A stretch of DNA of 63,408 nt, filler included, from Nitrospinota bacterium (GTDB taxonomy: Bacteria > JAUXIQ01): NCBI GenBank assembly GCA_030620925.1. It is 8 parts of 8 records of this genome, joined end to end, with 100 filler letters (N's around TTAATTAATTAA, not from the genome) between each part and the next. Parts side by side here need not be neighbours in the genome. Positions count along the whole stretch, not along the records: positions 55,603 to 63,408 come from JAUXIQ010000079.1; 7 more parts are not named here. One strand, 5' to 3'. The first letter of the stretch is position 1, and every line of letters starts with the position of its first letter. Made by a program: the position numbers and the translations under genes. Shown here one piece after another: positions 62,681 through 63,408 of this stretch. The notes below the pieces were generated by a model, which was given only the letters and a program-made list of their open reading frames with translations, was not told where the DNA came from and searched no databases.

Positions 62681-62684
62681 AAAA

Positions 62685-62760
<76 letters not shown>

Positions 62761-62873
62761 ACTCGGTTCATTAATATAGAGTCAAACGCCTTCAAGGGTC
62801 AACACAAAAATTTTTCCGCCTCTTTATCTGTGATAATTAAATAAAGCAACAAATACATTTTTGAGGGAATGAA

Positions 62874-63287
62874 ATGGATCCCGTAATGACTGCTATAGTT
62901 TCTGCACTCGCCATGGGTGTGGCGAGTTCTGTTACTACAATTGTTGAGAAGAACATCGTAGATGCATACGGTGCTCTTAAGTCGGTTATAAAAAAGAAAT
63001 TTGGCGAAAACAGTGATGTGGTCAAAGCAATGAACGATCTTGAAGATAAGCCAGAGTCCTCTGGTCGAAAAGCAACACTTAATGAAGAAGTGGTGGCAGC
63101 CAAAGCTGACCAGGAAGCCGAAATCATCAAGATTGCACAAGCTTTGCTGGAACAGATTAAATCCAAGCCCGGCGGTGAACAGCATATTCAAACAGCTATG
63201 GGCAATTACATTGCTCAGGCTGATCATAGAAGTAAAGCTACAGTAAATATTAACCGACTGAGGAAAGGTGATGGTGAGTCAGGATGA
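62874..63287 (+). CDS. Small helical protein, Bell-domain-like, with a C-terminal putative amyloid-signalling motif
   Basis: MDP..TAIV.AL..G hydrophobic N-helix, DAY..LK..I..KF, LE.KP.S..R, C-terminal QTAMGNYIAQADHRSKATVNI; RBS GAGGG upstream. Confidence 0.75.
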   Translation: MDPVMTAIVSALAMGVASSVTTIVEKNIVDAYGALKSVIKKKFGENSDVVKAMNDLEDKPESSGRKATLNEEVVAAKADQEAEIIKIAQALLEQIKSKPGGEQHIQTAMGNYIAQADHRSKATVNINRLRKGDGESG

Positions 63288-63408
63288 ATCTGACAGGCAA
63301 ACAGCTAAGGGTAAATATATTGCCCAGGCACATGGAGAAGGTTCTGAAGCTAAGGTAGAATTTATCCAGAACCTGCTAGAGCTTGGTGAAAAACCCGGTG
63401 ACACCCTC
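63271..63408 (+). CDS. N-terminus of a downstream protein carrying the matching motif (predicted NLR/STAND-type sensor; truncated by window end)
   Basis: RBS GAGGAAAGG then ATG; 46 open codons MVSQDESDRQTAKGKYIAQAHGEGSEAKVEFIQNLLELGEKPGDTL. Confidence 0.7.
   Translation, partial: MVSQDESDRQTAKGKYIAQAHGEGSEAKVEFIQNLLELGEKPGDTL

Noticed and set aside
62799-63246. Alternative ORFs 62799-63227(-), 62837-63166(-) and 63040-63246(+)
   Set aside because: They overlap the better-supported 62874-63287 gene, which has an RBS and a recognisable domain pattern.

Overview
The window is not one locus. It is eight short contigs (1-16649, 16750-26815, 26916-36653, 36754-43677, 43778-46688, 46789-51412, 51513-55502, 55603-63408) joined by 100-nt N/TTAATTAATTAA/N linkers. 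The source is a GC-rich diderm bacterium (it has lptD and a T2SS), and the gene orders resemble Deltaproteobacteria/Nitrospinota-type genomes (inference). Housekeeping blocks: ilvDBNC-accD-folC-lptD-radC-purBSQL; rseP-ispG-proS; tsf-pyrH-frr-uppS-cdsA-dxr-pgpA-thpR-recA-tRNA-Val. There is also a T2SS gspEFGHIJKL cluster, many anaerobic acyl-CoA catabolic genes (ACADs, CaiB-type CoA transferases, 2-hydroxyacyl-CoA dehydratases, a MaoC pair, FabK-like proteins, an IpdF-like SDR), a HEAT/HD-GYP pair and several gene relics. The most notable feature is at the right end, next to tRNA-Val. An AT-rich gene encodes a small helical protein ending in QTAMGNYIAQADHRSKATVNI. It overlaps a downstream ORF, absent from the ORF track, that begins with the matching motif QTAKGKYIAQAHGEGSEAKVEF. 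This is the layout of a Bell-domain/BASS amyloid-signalling (NLR-type immune/cell-death) pair. Second is a bacterial protein whose C-terminal domain closely resembles that of eukaryotic DPY19 C-mannosyltransferases. All family assignments come from motif recognition and recalled sequences; no searches were run.
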